Assembly (NCBI GenBank): GCA_947587085.1
Contig: CANPXX010000001.1
Span: 1-62,299 of the forward strand
DNA length: 62,299 nucleotides
Direction: 5' to 3'
From: an uncultured Clostridia bacterium
GTDB taxonomy: Bacteria > Bacillota > Clostridia > Christensenellales > Borkfalkiaceae
Notes under the pieces: generated by a model
Databases searched by the model: none
What the model was told of the DNA's origin: nothing
Seen by the model: only the letters and a program-made list of their open reading frames with translations
Translations under genes and position numbers: made by a program
In this document: in pieces, positions 1 through 9,500 of the stretch
Layout: every line of letters begins with the position of its first letter
Position numbering within the stretch: position 1 is the first letter of the stretch

Positions 1-65
1 GCTCCCCTGCTAAGGGAGTAGTACCGGTTACGGTAGCACGAGTTCGAATCTCGTCTTCTGCGCCA
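1..65 (+). tRNA. tRNA-Ser(GCU), 3' portion (5' end lies outside the window)
   Basis: Anticodon stem-loop ctccc/CTGCTAA/gggag gives anticodon GCT. Long variable arm, T-arm acgag-TTCGAAT-ctcgt, discriminator G and an encoded CCA ending at 65. Confidence 0.8.
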
Positions 66-106
66 AGAGCCGCCCGAGGATCTTTCCTCGGGCGGCTCTT
101 GGTTTT
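66..106 (+). terminator. Rho-independent terminator after tRNA-Ser
   Basis: Hairpin agagccgcccgagga / tcttt / cctcgggcggctct followed by TGGTTTT. Confidence 0.8.
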
Positions 107-162
107 CCATAAAAGTTTTGTCCCGCGCGTCATGCGACCGCAAAGGGAGACTGTTTGTTCTA

Positions 163-2724
163 TCAGGATTCCGTGGTGGGGTTCATGAGGTCGCACAGGC
201 GGATGAGGGCGTTCGAGACGGGGAATGCCGCGAGCAGGACGCAGATGATATACAGTATCTCCGTAAAGGTGAAGCGTACCGCGCCCCAAGCGTCAAAGAT
301 GATATTCCCGAGCGCGGGGATGGCAAGGACGATGACGCACGCGGCGATGGACATCGCATACACCGCGAGGCGCAACAGATTGAAGGGTTGCAGGATGCGG
401 AAGAGCATCACGAGTCCGCCGAAGGTCACGGCGAGCAAAAGGAGCGGGGCGCGGTTATAGAGCTGACCCGGCAGGAAGTGATTGCCGAGGTAGACGGCGA
501 GCACGCACAAAATGAGGGTGACGGCGCCCGGGATGGAGCGCGACATGACGTATGGGATAAATTTCCCCTTCACGCGGTCGGCGTTCGGCTGCAACGAGAT
601 GATGAAGGAGGGGAAGGCGGCGACGAAGATCTCGAAGAGCAGCATGTTGTTGGTCTTGAAGAAGTACGTTTCGTGCAGCGAGACGCAGAGGATGGCGAGG
701 AGGGTGATGAAGAGCGTCTTCATGAGATAGAGCGAGGCGCTCGACTTGATGTTGTTGATGACCCGTCTGCCCTCATAGACGACGTTGGGGAGATTGAGGA
801 AGTTGTTGTCCATGAGGACGAGGTGGGAGACGTTCCTCGCCGCCTCCGAACCGGACGCCACGGACACGGCGCAGTCCGCCTCTTTGAGGGCGAGGATGTC
901 GTTGACGCCGTCGCCCGTCATGGCGACGGTGCTCCCCTGCTTCTTGATCGCCTTGACGAGAATCGCCTTCTGCTCGGGGGTGACCCGCCCGAACACGGTG
1001 TATTGGTTCGCCACGTTCTCCACTTCGAGGTCGGTGAGCCCGTCGAGCGAGATGAACTTGCTCGCGTTGCGCACGCCCACGCGGCGCGCCACTTCGGACA
1101 CGGTGACGGGGTTGTCGCCCGAGATGATCTTGATGTCCACGTCGTTTTCGCGGAACCACTTGATGGTGTCCACGGCGTCCGAGCGGATGTTGTCGGCGAG
1201 GGTGATGATGGCGACGGGGCGGAGGAGGGCGGGGAGCCGCTCTCCCACGATGGGATTGCGGGAATGGGCGAGCACGAGCACGCGCAGACCTGCCTGTGCG
1301 TATTGCTTCACGATCTTTTCGACCTTGGGCGGCACGGGGCGCAGGACGAATTCGGGGGCGCCCATGCAGAAGGTGCCCGTCTCCCCGAAGGTCACCGCCG
1401 ACAGCTTGCGCTTGGAGGAGAAGGGGATGGTCGCCGTGGGCAGGAGCGCGCTCGAATGCCCGAAGCGGTTGTAGAGGGCGATGGAGGTCTGGTTGTTGTC
1501 GTCGAGGGCGGCGAGCATGCTCCCCATGATGTCGTCGAGGGAGTAGTCTGTCTCGTTGTTGAGGATGAGGCAGTCATTCACCGTCATTCTTCCGTCGGTG
1601 ATGGTGCCCGTCTTATCGAGGCAGAGCACGTTGACGCGCGCGAGCATTTCGAGGGAATAGAGGTCCTGCACCAGCGTCTGCTTCTTGGCGAGGCGGCGCA
1701 CGCCGATCGCCATGGCGAGGGAGGTGAGGAGGAGGAGCCCGGAGGGAATCATGCCGATGATGACGGCGCCCGTGAGCATGATGGACTGCGGGATGCGGTT
1801 GTGGACGGGTCCCAGCGCCTGCCAGTTGACCCAGAACATGAGGGCGGCGATGACCACGATGAACACGCCGATGAAGCGGATGAACACGCGGATGGAGTTC
1901 ATGATCTCCGACCGCGGCTTCTTATACTTCTTCGCCTTGGAGGTGAGCGAGTTGAGGTAGGTGTTCTTCCCCACCTTCTCGGCGCGGACGCGGCAGGAGC
2001 CGCTCGAAATGAAGGAGCCCGCGTAGAGGATCTCGCCCTCCTGCTTCTTGACGGGCACGCTCTCGCCCGTGAGGAGGGATTCGTTCACCTCCACGTTGCC
2101 GTCGGCGAGCTTGCAGTCGGCGGGGACCTGCTGTCCCGTTTCGAGGAGGACGACGTCGTCCACCACGATCTGTTTGATGGGAATCTCCGTCTTGACGCCG
2201 TCGCGCATCACCTTCGCCGAGGCGGAGATGAGCACGGAGAGCTTGTCGATCTGCTTCTTTGCGAGAATCTCCTGCACGATGCCGATCACGAGGTTGAGGG
2301 CGAAGATTCCCACGAAGAGGAATTGGGTGACGGACGCGCCCGCATAGATGAGCGCCGCCGCGACGGCAACGCACAGGAAGTTGAAGAAGGTGCAGATGTT
2401 GCCGAAGAAGATGCTCTTATACGACTTGGAATAGCGGCGGTTGACGTCGTTGAAGAGGAACTGTTCGAACCGCGTGCGCACCTGTTCGGAGGTGAGCCCC
2501 TTGTCGAGGGCGGGCGTGAAGCGCTCCACCTCGTCGGACGAGGGGATGTTCTTGGCGTGACGGAATTTCTTCATCAGCGCCTTGTTCTCCGCGGCGGCGT
2601 CCTTGCGGCTGTCTGTTTCGAGCACGCGGGAAGAGAAGCTCTGCCTGTGCGGCTCGGGCGTTTCGGGCTCGGCGGGCGCGGGGAGCGGAACTTCGTTCTC
2701 GGCGGGCTGTTCGTTCTTTTTCAA
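163..2724 (-). CDS. Cation-translocating P-type (E1-E2) ATPase
   Basis: 853-aa ORF with phosphorylation motif DKTGTIT, actuator motif LTGESVP and hinge motif TGDGVNDILALKEAD, plus multiple TM segments at both ends. TTG start lies 6 nt after GAGGTGA. Confidence 0.9.
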   Translation of the reverse strand: MKKNEQPAENEVPLPAPAEPETPEPHRQSFSSRVLETDSRKDAAAENKALMKKFRHAKNIPSSDEVERFTPALDKGLTSEQVRTRFEQFLFNDVNRRYSKSYKSIFFGNICTFFNFLCVAVAAALIYAGASVTQFLFVGIFALNLVIGIVQEILAKKQIDKLSVLISASAKVMRDGVKTEIPIKQIVVDDVVLLETGQQVPADCKLADGNVEVNESLLTGESVPVKKQEGEILYAGSFISSGSCRVRAEKVGKNTYLNSLTSKAKKYKKPRSEIMNSIRVFIRFIGVFIVVIAALMFWVNWQALGPVHNRIPQSIMLTGAVIIGMIPSGLLLLTSLAMAIGVRRLAKKQTLVQDLYSLEMLARVNVLCLDKTGTITDGRMTVNDCLILNNETDYSLDDIMGSMLAALDDNNQTSIALYNRFGHSSALLPTATIPFSSKRKLSAVTFGETGTFCMGAPEFVLRPVPPKVEKIVKQYAQAGLRVLVLAHSRNPIVGERLPALLRPVAIITLADNIRSDAVDTIKWFRENDVDIKIISGDNPVTVSEVARRVGVRNASKFISLDGLTDLEVENVANQYTVFGRVTPEQKAILVKAIKKQGSTVAMTGDGVNDILALKEADCAVSVASGSEAARNVSHLVLMDNNFLNLPNVVYEGRRVINNIKSSASLYLMKTLFITLLAILCVSLHETYFFKTNNMLLFEIFVAAFPSFIISLQPNADRVKGKFIPYVMSRSIPGAVTLILCVLAVYLGNHFLPGQLYNRAPLLLLAVTFGGLVMLFRILQPFNLLRLAVYAMSIAACVIVLAIPALGNIIFDAWGAVRFTFTEILYIICVLLAAFPVSNALIRLCDLMNPTTES

Positions 2725-2759
2725 AGGATATCACCTCTTCGAATCGTCTCTTGCCCTCT

Positions 2760-2788
2760 ATTATACACGACGGGAGCGGGCTTGTCAA
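2760..2788 (-). promoter_or_regulatory. SigmaA-type promoter for the P-type ATPase
   Basis: On the minus strand, TTGACA (2783-2788), a 17-nt spacer, then TATAAT (2760-2765). Confidence 0.6.
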
Positions 2789-2847
2789 TTTTTCTCGCCG
2801 TCTTTGAGAATTTTTCGGCGGAACGGACAAACGCGGCGGACAAAGCG

Positions 2848-2876
2848 TTGCGTTTTTGCGCGAAACGATGTATAAT
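2848..2876 (+). promoter_or_regulatory. SigmaA-type promoter for serS
   Basis: TTGCGT (2848-2853), a 17-nt spacer, then TATAAT (2871-2876). The leader to ATG 2902 is only about 20 nt, with GAGGT as RBS. Confidence 0.6.
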
Positions 2877-2901
2877 GGGGAAAAACGTACCGAGGTAAGA
2901 T

Positions 2902-4185
2902 ATGATCGACATCGCATTGCTTCGCGCACAGCCCGATCTCGTGCGCGGCAATCTCACCAAAAAATTTCAGGAACACAAGCTCCCGCTCGTGGACGAGGCG
3001 CTCTCCCTCGACGACAGGCGCCGCGCGCTCCAAACGGAGGGGGACGCCCTCCGCGCGTCACGCAACGCCCTCTCCAAGCAGATCGGGCAGCTCATGCGGG
3101 AGAAGAACACGGAGGAGGCGGCGCGCGTGAAGGCGCAGGTCGCCGAGGACGCCGAGCGGCTCGCCGCCATCGAGGCGGAGAGCGCGGAGGTCGCCGAGCG
3201 GTTGAAGGCGGTGATGATGCGCATCCCCAACATCATCTCTCCCGAGACGCCCATCGGGCGGGACGACAGCGAGAATGTGGAGCGTTGCCGCTTTCTGGAA
3301 CCCAAGGTGCCCGACTTCGAAGTGCCCTACCATCTCGACATCCTCGAGCGGCTCGCGGGCATCGACATCGACAGCGCCCGCCGCACGAGCGGGCAGGGCT
3401 TCTACTATCTGACGGGGGACGTGGCGCGCCTGCATTCCGCCGTGCTTACCTATGCGCGCGACTTCATGATCGATAAAGGCTTCACCTATTGCATCCCGCC
3501 CTTCATGATCCGCTCCGAGGTGGTCTCGGGCGTGATGAGCTTCGAGGAGATGGAGGGCATGATGTACAAGATCGAGGGGGAGGATCTCTACCTCATCGGC
3601 ACGAGCGAGCACTCCATGATCGGTCGGTTCATGAACACCACCCTCGAAGAGTCGCAGCTGCCGCTCACCCTTACGAGCTATTCGCCCTGCTTCCGCAAGG
3701 AGCGCGGCGCGCACGGCATCGAGGAGCGCGGCGTGTACCGCATCCACCAATTCGAGAAGCAGGAGATGATCGTCATCTGCAAGCCCGAGGAGAGCGAGGC
3801 GTGGTACGAGAAGATGTGGAACTACACGGTGGAGCTGTTCGTCTCCATGGGCATCCCCGTGCGCACCCTCGAATGCTGTTCGGGCGACCTTGCCGACCTC
3901 AAATACCGCAGTGTGGATGTGGAGGCGTGGTCTCCCCGCCAGAAGAAATATTTCGAGGTGGGCTCCTGCTCCAACCTCACCGACGCACAGGCGCGCCGCC
4001 TCGGGATCCGCTATAAGGGGAAGGACGGCAGTCACTTCGCGCACACCCTCAATAACACGGTGGTGGCGCCGCCGCGCATGCTCATCGCCTTCGTGGAGAA
4101 CCACCTCCGCGCCGACGGGAGCGTGGAGATCCCGCCCGTTCTGCAAAAGTATATGGGCGGCAAGACGGAGATCTCCGCCAAGTGA
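2902..4185 (+). CDS. serS: Seryl-tRNA synthetase
   Basis: 427 aa with an N-terminal coiled-coil arm (MIDIALLR...) and class II core motifs (FRKE..G...RG..R.HQFEK and SCSN.TD.QARR). Confidence 0.95.
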   Translation: MIDIALLRAQPDLVRGNLTKKFQEHKLPLVDEALSLDDRRRALQTEGDALRASRNALSKQIGQLMREKNTEEAARVKAQVAEDAERLAAIEAESAEVAERLKAVMMRIPNIISPETPIGRDDSENVERCRFLEPKVPDFEVPYHLDILERLAGIDIDSARRTSGQGFYYLTGDVARLHSAVLTYARDFMIDKGFTYCIPPFMIRSEVVSGVMSFEEMEGMMYKIEGEDLYLIGTSEHSMIGRFMNTTLEESQLPLTLTSYSPCFRKERGAHGIEERGVYRIHQFEKQEMIVICKPEESEAWYEKMWNYTVELFVSMGIPVRTLECCSGDLADLKYRSVDVEAWSPRQKKYFEVGSCSNLTDAQARRLGIRYKGKDGSHFAHTLNNTVVAPPRMLIAFVENHLRADGSVEIPPVLQKYMGGKTEISAK

Positions 4186-5138
4186 AGTATGTATTTTTCG
4201 ACATCGAATGCGCGTGCGTGTACAAGCATTGCGCGAAGATCTGCTCGTTCGGCTATGTGGTGACGGACGAGCGCTTCGCCGTGCTCGAACGGGAGGACAT
4301 CCTCATGAATCCCAAGGGGAAGTTCCACCTCACCGACCGCAAGGGGGGAGAGGGGCTGGTGCTCCCCTACGAATACGAGGATTTCAAGAAATATCCTCCC
4401 TTCCCCGCCCACTACCGCCGCATCAAAGAGCTCCTCGAGGGCGACGTCCTCGTGATGGGGCACGCCACGCTCAACGACGTGAACTACCTCAATTTAGAGA
4501 CCAAGCGGTATAAATTGCCCTCCTTCCGCTTCGAATTCCACGACACGCAGTTTTTGTACATGAACACCGAGCGGGACTTTTCTAAGCAGTCAGGGCTGGG
4601 GGCGATCGCGGAGGAGCTGGGCGTGCAGTTCACCCCCCACCGCGCGGTGGACGACGCCTATGCGACCATGCGCGTGTGCGAGGCGCTTTGCGCCCGCGAG
4701 GGCGTGGACGTGAAGGGGCTCATCGCACGCTACGGCGTGCGCGGCGGACGGATCGCCGACTACAAGATCGTGCCCCCCGTCTCGGCGGGGCTGAGGCAGT
4801 ACATCGCCGAGCGGGACGAACAGCGGGAGGCGCGGGCGCGCGCGCACGACGAGTTCTACCGCTTCGTCAACAAGAACATGAACCGCCGCAAGAAGGGCGG
4901 TTCGCTCGAAGGGAAGGTATTTTGCTTCGCGCGGGACGTGGAGCTCGACGTGGAGGTATCGGTGAAGCTGGTGTCCGTCATCTTCAATTCGGGCGGACGG
5001 TACACCTCCCATCCCGCCGAATGCAATGTGTACATCGCGCGCGGGCAGGGCGGACCGCGCTTCCAGAGCGCCATCCAGAGCGGTGCCGCCTACATCCCGC
5101 TCGAAAGCCTCCGCGTGGCGCTGGAGGGCGCGGAATGA
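4182..5138 (+). CDS. DEDDh-type 3'-5' exonuclease with BRCT-like C-terminal domain
   Basis: Exo I motif FFDIECA and Exo III motif HRAVDDAYAT. The C-terminal segment GKVFCFARDVE...VIFNSGGRYTS...NVYIA is BRCT-like. GTG start overlaps the serS stop (GTGA). Confidence 0.65.
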   Translation: MKYVFFDIECACVYKHCAKICSFGYVVTDERFAVLEREDILMNPKGKFHLTDRKGGEGLVLPYEYEDFKKYPPFPAHYRRIKELLEGDVLVMGHATLNDVNYLNLETKRYKLPSFRFEFHDTQFLYMNTERDFSKQSGLGAIAEELGVQFTPHRAVDDAYATMRVCEALCAREGVDVKGLIARYGVRGGRIADYKIVPPVSAGLRQYIAERDEQREARARAHDEFYRFVNKNMNRRKKGGSLEGKVFCFARDVELDVEVSVKLVSVIFNSGGRYTSHPAECNVYIARGQGGPRFQSAIQSGAAYIPLESLRVALEGAE

Positions 5139-6427
5139 ACCTTCCCTCACAATTTCTCGGACGCATGCGGGACAGTCTCAAAGGGGACTATCCCGCCTTT
5201 TTGCGCTCGTACGACGATCCGCCGCGGCGGGCGGTCCGCGTGAACACCCTCAAGCTCTCCGCGGAGGAGTTTGAGCGCATCGCGCCCTTCCCCCTCGGGG
5301 AGCGGGTGCCGTGGGAGCCGAGAGGGTTCTATATCGGGCAGGAGAAGGCGGGGGCGGACGTCTACCACTTTGCGGGGCTCTTCTATTCGCAGGAGCCCTC
5401 CGCGATGTGCGCCGCACCCATGCTCGGGGTGCGGGCGGGGGAACGCGTCCTCGACCTGTGCGCGGCGCCCGGGGGCAAGACGGGGCAGCTCGCCGCGGAC
5501 ATGGGCGGGTCGGGCGTGCTTGTCGCCAACGAACCGGACTTTGGCAGGGCGGAGATCTTGTCGCGCAATCTGGAGCGGCTGGGCGTGCGCAACTGCACGG
5601 TCACGGCGGCACGCCCCGAACAGCTCGCCGCGCGCTTCCCCGCCTATTTCGATAAGATTCTCGTGGACGCCCCCTGCTCGGGCGAGGGGATGTTCAAGAA
5701 GGAGGCGGAAGCCGTCCTCCATTGGAGCGAACGGAACGTGGCGCTGTGCGCCGCGCGGCAGAGGGAGATCCTCGACGAGGCGGCGAAGATGCTGGCGGGC
5801 GGCGGCAGATTGGTGTATTCCACCTGCACCTTTTCCGAGGAGGAGGACGAGCGGCAGGCGGAATCCTTTGCGGCGCGCCACGGGTTGAAGCTCATCGCCA
5901 TGAAGAAGCTGTTGCCGCACGAGGCGGCGGGGGAGGGGCATTTCGCCGCCCTCTTCGAGCGGGAGGACGGCGAGCGGCGCGCCTTTGAAGCGGGGCGAGC
6001 GGAGAGCGGCGGGAGCAAAGAGGGCGTCCGCGCCTACCGCGCCTTCGAGCGGGAGACGTTCGGCGCGGAGAGCGGGGAGAAGATCGTCGTGCGCGGCGGG
6101 CGGCTCTTCGCCGTCCCCGACGGGACGCCCCTCCTTTTTGGTCTCCCCCTGCGGGGGACGGGCGTGGAGCTCGGGACCTTCGACGGGCGGTTCAAGCCTT
6201 CGCACGCGCTGGCGATGGCGCGGGGCGGGGAAGCGGCGCGCTTTCTCTCCCTCACCCGCGCGGAGGCGGAGGTGTACCTCCGCGGCGAGACGCTCGCGGC
6301 GGACCTCCCCGACGGCTGGTGCGTCGTGGGGGTGGACGGCTTCCCCCTCGGCTGGGGGAAGGCGGTGCGCGGGACGGTGAAGAACCACCTCCCCAAGGGC
6401 GCAAGGAGAATGGCGCAGACGGGCTGA
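5135..6427 (+). CDS. RsmB/RsmF-family (NOL1/NOP2/Sun) RNA m5C methyltransferase
   Basis: SAM motif LDLCAAPGGKT and catalytic motifs DAPCSGEG and YSTCT. ATG 5135 overlaps the upstream stop (ATGA). The longer ORF starting at 4676 overlaps the exonuclease gene. Confidence 0.8.
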   Translation: MNLPSQFLGRMRDSLKGDYPAFLRSYDDPPRRAVRVNTLKLSAEEFERIAPFPLGERVPWEPRGFYIGQEKAGADVYHFAGLFYSQEPSAMCAAPMLGVRAGERVLDLCAAPGGKTGQLAADMGGSGVLVANEPDFGRAEILSRNLERLGVRNCTVTAARPEQLAARFPAYFDKILVDAPCSGEGMFKKEAEAVLHWSERNVALCAARQREILDEAAKMLAGGGRLVYSTCTFSEEEDERQAESFAARHGLKLIAMKKLLPHEAAGEGHFAALFEREDGERRAFEAGRAESGGSKEGVRAYRAFERETFGAESGEKIVVRGGRLFAVPDGTPLLFGLPLRGTGVELGTFDGRFKPSHALAMARGGEAARFLSLTRAEAEVYLRGETLAADLPDGWCVVGVDGFPLGWGKAVRGTVKNHLPKGARRMAQTG

Positions 6428-6450
6428 GATTCCGCCTGAAAGGCGGCGGA

Positions 6451-6499
6451 TAAAAAGAGACCCCGTCGGGCATATGCCCGACGGGGTCGTTTTCTTTTC
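6451..6499. terminator. Bidirectional intrinsic terminator between convergent genes
   Basis: 14-bp perfect stem gaccccgtcgggca/tgcccgacggggtc flanked by an A-run upstream and GTTTTCTTTT downstream. Confidence 0.8.
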
Positions 6500-6502
6500 A
6501 AA

Positions 6503-9500
6503 TCATTCGCGGTAGGGGTCGTTCTCGTCCGCGGGAGCCTCGGGTTCGGGTTCGGGCGCGGGAGCGGGAGCGGGAGCGGGCGCTTCCGCCTTGGGCGCCT
6601 TCTCCGCCGTCTTGCGCACCCGCTTCTTCGCGGGCTTGGAAGAATTCTTGTGCGTCCTCTTCCAGATGCGCCGTACGGCGACCGCAATGATGACGAACAC
6701 GAGCACGAAGGCGAGTACGCCGGAGGAGATGAGGAGCCAGACGTTCGGAGCGTTGGGATTGGTCTGCGTCGGCTCCGTCACGTCGGGCGTGTCGTCCCCT
6801 CCCAGCTCGTCGGGCGTCACCGTCTTTTCGTTCTCGGCGAAGCTCACGAACATCGTGTACGAGGGATTGGCTTTGAGCACCGAGCCGTCGGGATCGGCGC
6901 AGAAGAGATAGGCGATGCCCTCCTCATATGCCGACTGCACATAGGAGCCCCAAGGATCGCCGAGGTTGTCCTCGTCCGTCGTCTTGTCGTAGCGGAGATA
7001 GTCGGGCGAGTCGAAGAAGGTGAAGGTGTAGTAGAGCGCGAGCTCCTCTTTCAGCCTATCTTTGAGCGTCGCGGAGGGATCGGCGGGATCGGGCGCGCGG
7101 TTCGCCTCGTCTTTGAGGAGGGCGCTCTCTGCCGCCGAGAGGAGATCGGAATAGTTGTCCACGGTGGAGGTGGAGCAGCGGTCGAAGAACACATAGCCGC
7201 CCGCGGGGAGCCCTTCGGCGTCGTCGCGCGCGCCCGCCCACAGTTCGAGGCGGTAGCTCTTCGCTTCCGCGCCCGTGTTCACGAGGAAGGAGACCGTCAC
7301 CCAGCCATCCGAGCCCACGTCCGAACCCTGCACCGTGAGGACGGTCTCGGGAAGGGCGCTCGAATAGTTGTAGCGCACGCCCGCGTCGGCGGGAAGGTCT
7401 TTCACCTCCTGCGTGAGCGCGCCCGTCGTCTCATCCTTATAGGCGTAGTAGAGGGTGCCGCTCTCCGTCTGTTTGCCGTAGAAGGCGATGGTGCCGTCCG
7501 CGGTCGTCTTGTTGCCCTCGTCGTCCGTCTTGAAGTTTTTGAGGTTGGCGTAGTACACGTTGTCGTTCGCGCCCGCCTTGGTATAGAGCCCGTTCTCTTC
7601 GAGATAGTAGAGGATGTCCGTCTTGGCGTTGTAGTCGGAGGAAGAGGGGTCTTTCGCCGTGATGTTGCCCTCGTCGTCGTACCAATAGGTGACGGAGGGA
7701 AGGGTGGGGCTGAGGCGGTTGCCGAAGCCCTCTTCGAGGTCGGAGACGTCGGTGAGGTAGAGATACGCCTTGGCGTTCGCCGACAGCTTCACGCGGACGG
7801 TGATGCGGGTGGCGGTGTTCGCCGAGAAGGTCGCGTTGGAGGCGAAGAAGCCATAGGAGGGGCTCGCCTTATCGGAGGTGTTGAGGATGACGAGGGGCTG
7901 ATAGGCGGCGTCCGCCCTCGTCCCCTTGTTGCCGAACACTTCCGTCCACCATGCGTCGTCGGTCGCGTCCTCGGAGGCGAGCGCGTTCAGAGCGCCCATC
8001 CAGCGGGTCGTCTCGTCCTCGGGCGCCGCCTTATAGGCGTCGCGGTAGTTCTTCACATATTCGGAGGAGAGGAGCCCCGTGTACACGCCGAGGGTGCGCG
8101 CGAGCTCGCTCGCGCTGGGGTTGGGTGCGCCGTCGCGGTCGAGCACGCGGCTCCCCGCGAGAACGCCCATGTAGTTCGCGGGCCGCGCGAGACCGTCCTC
8201 GATTCTCGTGCCGCTCGCCGCGGCGGCGTCGAAGCTGCTCGAATCCTTCACGTTGGCGGTGAGGGAGACCTTCTGCATGTACGAGCCGGTCGCGGCATAG
8301 CCGTACAGCTTCTTGCTCATGGACGACGTCTCGAAGTTGGCGAAGGCGGCATAGCCGTCGCAGTAGTCGCCGCGGTCCGTCCCCTCGATGGCGGTGGGAC
8401 CGTAGGTGAGTTCGAGGTGGTACGTCTTGTCGTCGTTGGTGTCGTTCTCCACGAAGAAGATGCAGCGCACCCAGCCGTCATAGATGTCGGTGAGCTCCTC
8501 GTCGTCGAGGTCGATATCCACCTTCGCCACGGTGGTGGAATTGAAGGGGGAGATCGCCGTCTTGTTCTCGCCGTCCACGAGCACCGCGCCCGCGCCAGAG
8601 GCGCCCGAGCGCAGATCGCTCGTCTTTACGAAGAAGGAGACGAGCTCTCTCGTATGCGGCGCGAGCGTGCGGTCGGGAAGGACCGCCGTGTAGGCGGCGC
8701 CGTTGGTGGAGAGGAGGGTGAGGATGCCGTCCGTGTTGGCGAAGGGGAACTTCGCGAAGTCCTCCTCCACGATGTTTTTGAGGTAGCCGTTGTCCGTCGC
8801 CCTCAGCTGTGCGAGCGAGAACACGCCGAGCACGCTCCTGCGCGTCTCGGGGACCGTCTCGTCCGTGCGGTTGTCGCCGAGGGAGCTGTCGATGTAGGCG
8901 GAGTTGAACTTGCTGTCTGCGGAATCCGCGGTCAGCTTCAATTCGGTGGGCTCGGGCGTGAACGCCGAGAGGTCGGTTTTGAGGTCGAGCGCGAAGGTGC
9001 TTTCGCCGAAGGCGCCCGTCGTGCGGTCCACCGCGTCGAACTTTCTCGCGTCGCCGCGGTCCTCGATGCCGACGGTCGTCACGCCGTTGGTCTTTTCGGC
9101 GAACGCCGCGTCGGAAATGAGCTTGCAGGTCACGTCGTCGAAGAAGGCGTAGCCGTCCACCGCGTCATAGCGGTCGTCCGAGTTGCCCTGTCCGAGCCCG
9201 AGCACGATGCGGAAGGTGGTCGCGGCGAAGGTGTTGGCGCGCACGTACACCGTGTACTGCTTCCAACCGTTGTTCTCCGTCACGTTCTTCGTGTTGATGT
9301 TGCGGATCTGGAGCTGGTCGAGGGTGGTGCCGCCCACCGTGTTGGTCACGCCGATGTACGCGCCGCCCCGCTTCTCGACCTCCACGTCGTTGCCCGACGC
9401 ATAGTGGTAGAGGTTGGAGGTCTTGACCCAGACGGAGATCTCCGCCGCGCCGCCGGAGGGAACGGTTATAGTGGTGCCCGACGTATAGTACTGCGCGGTG

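Noticed and set aside
118-2898. 926-aa ORF on the plus strand
   Set aside because: It lies antisense to the well-supported P-type ATPase. The product is low-complexity and G/E/D/R/H-rich, typical of a high-GC shadow ORF.
2725-2901. T-box or other riboswitch upstream of serS
   Set aside because: The region is occupied by two divergent promoters. The serS leader is only about 20 nt and I see no T-box consensus.
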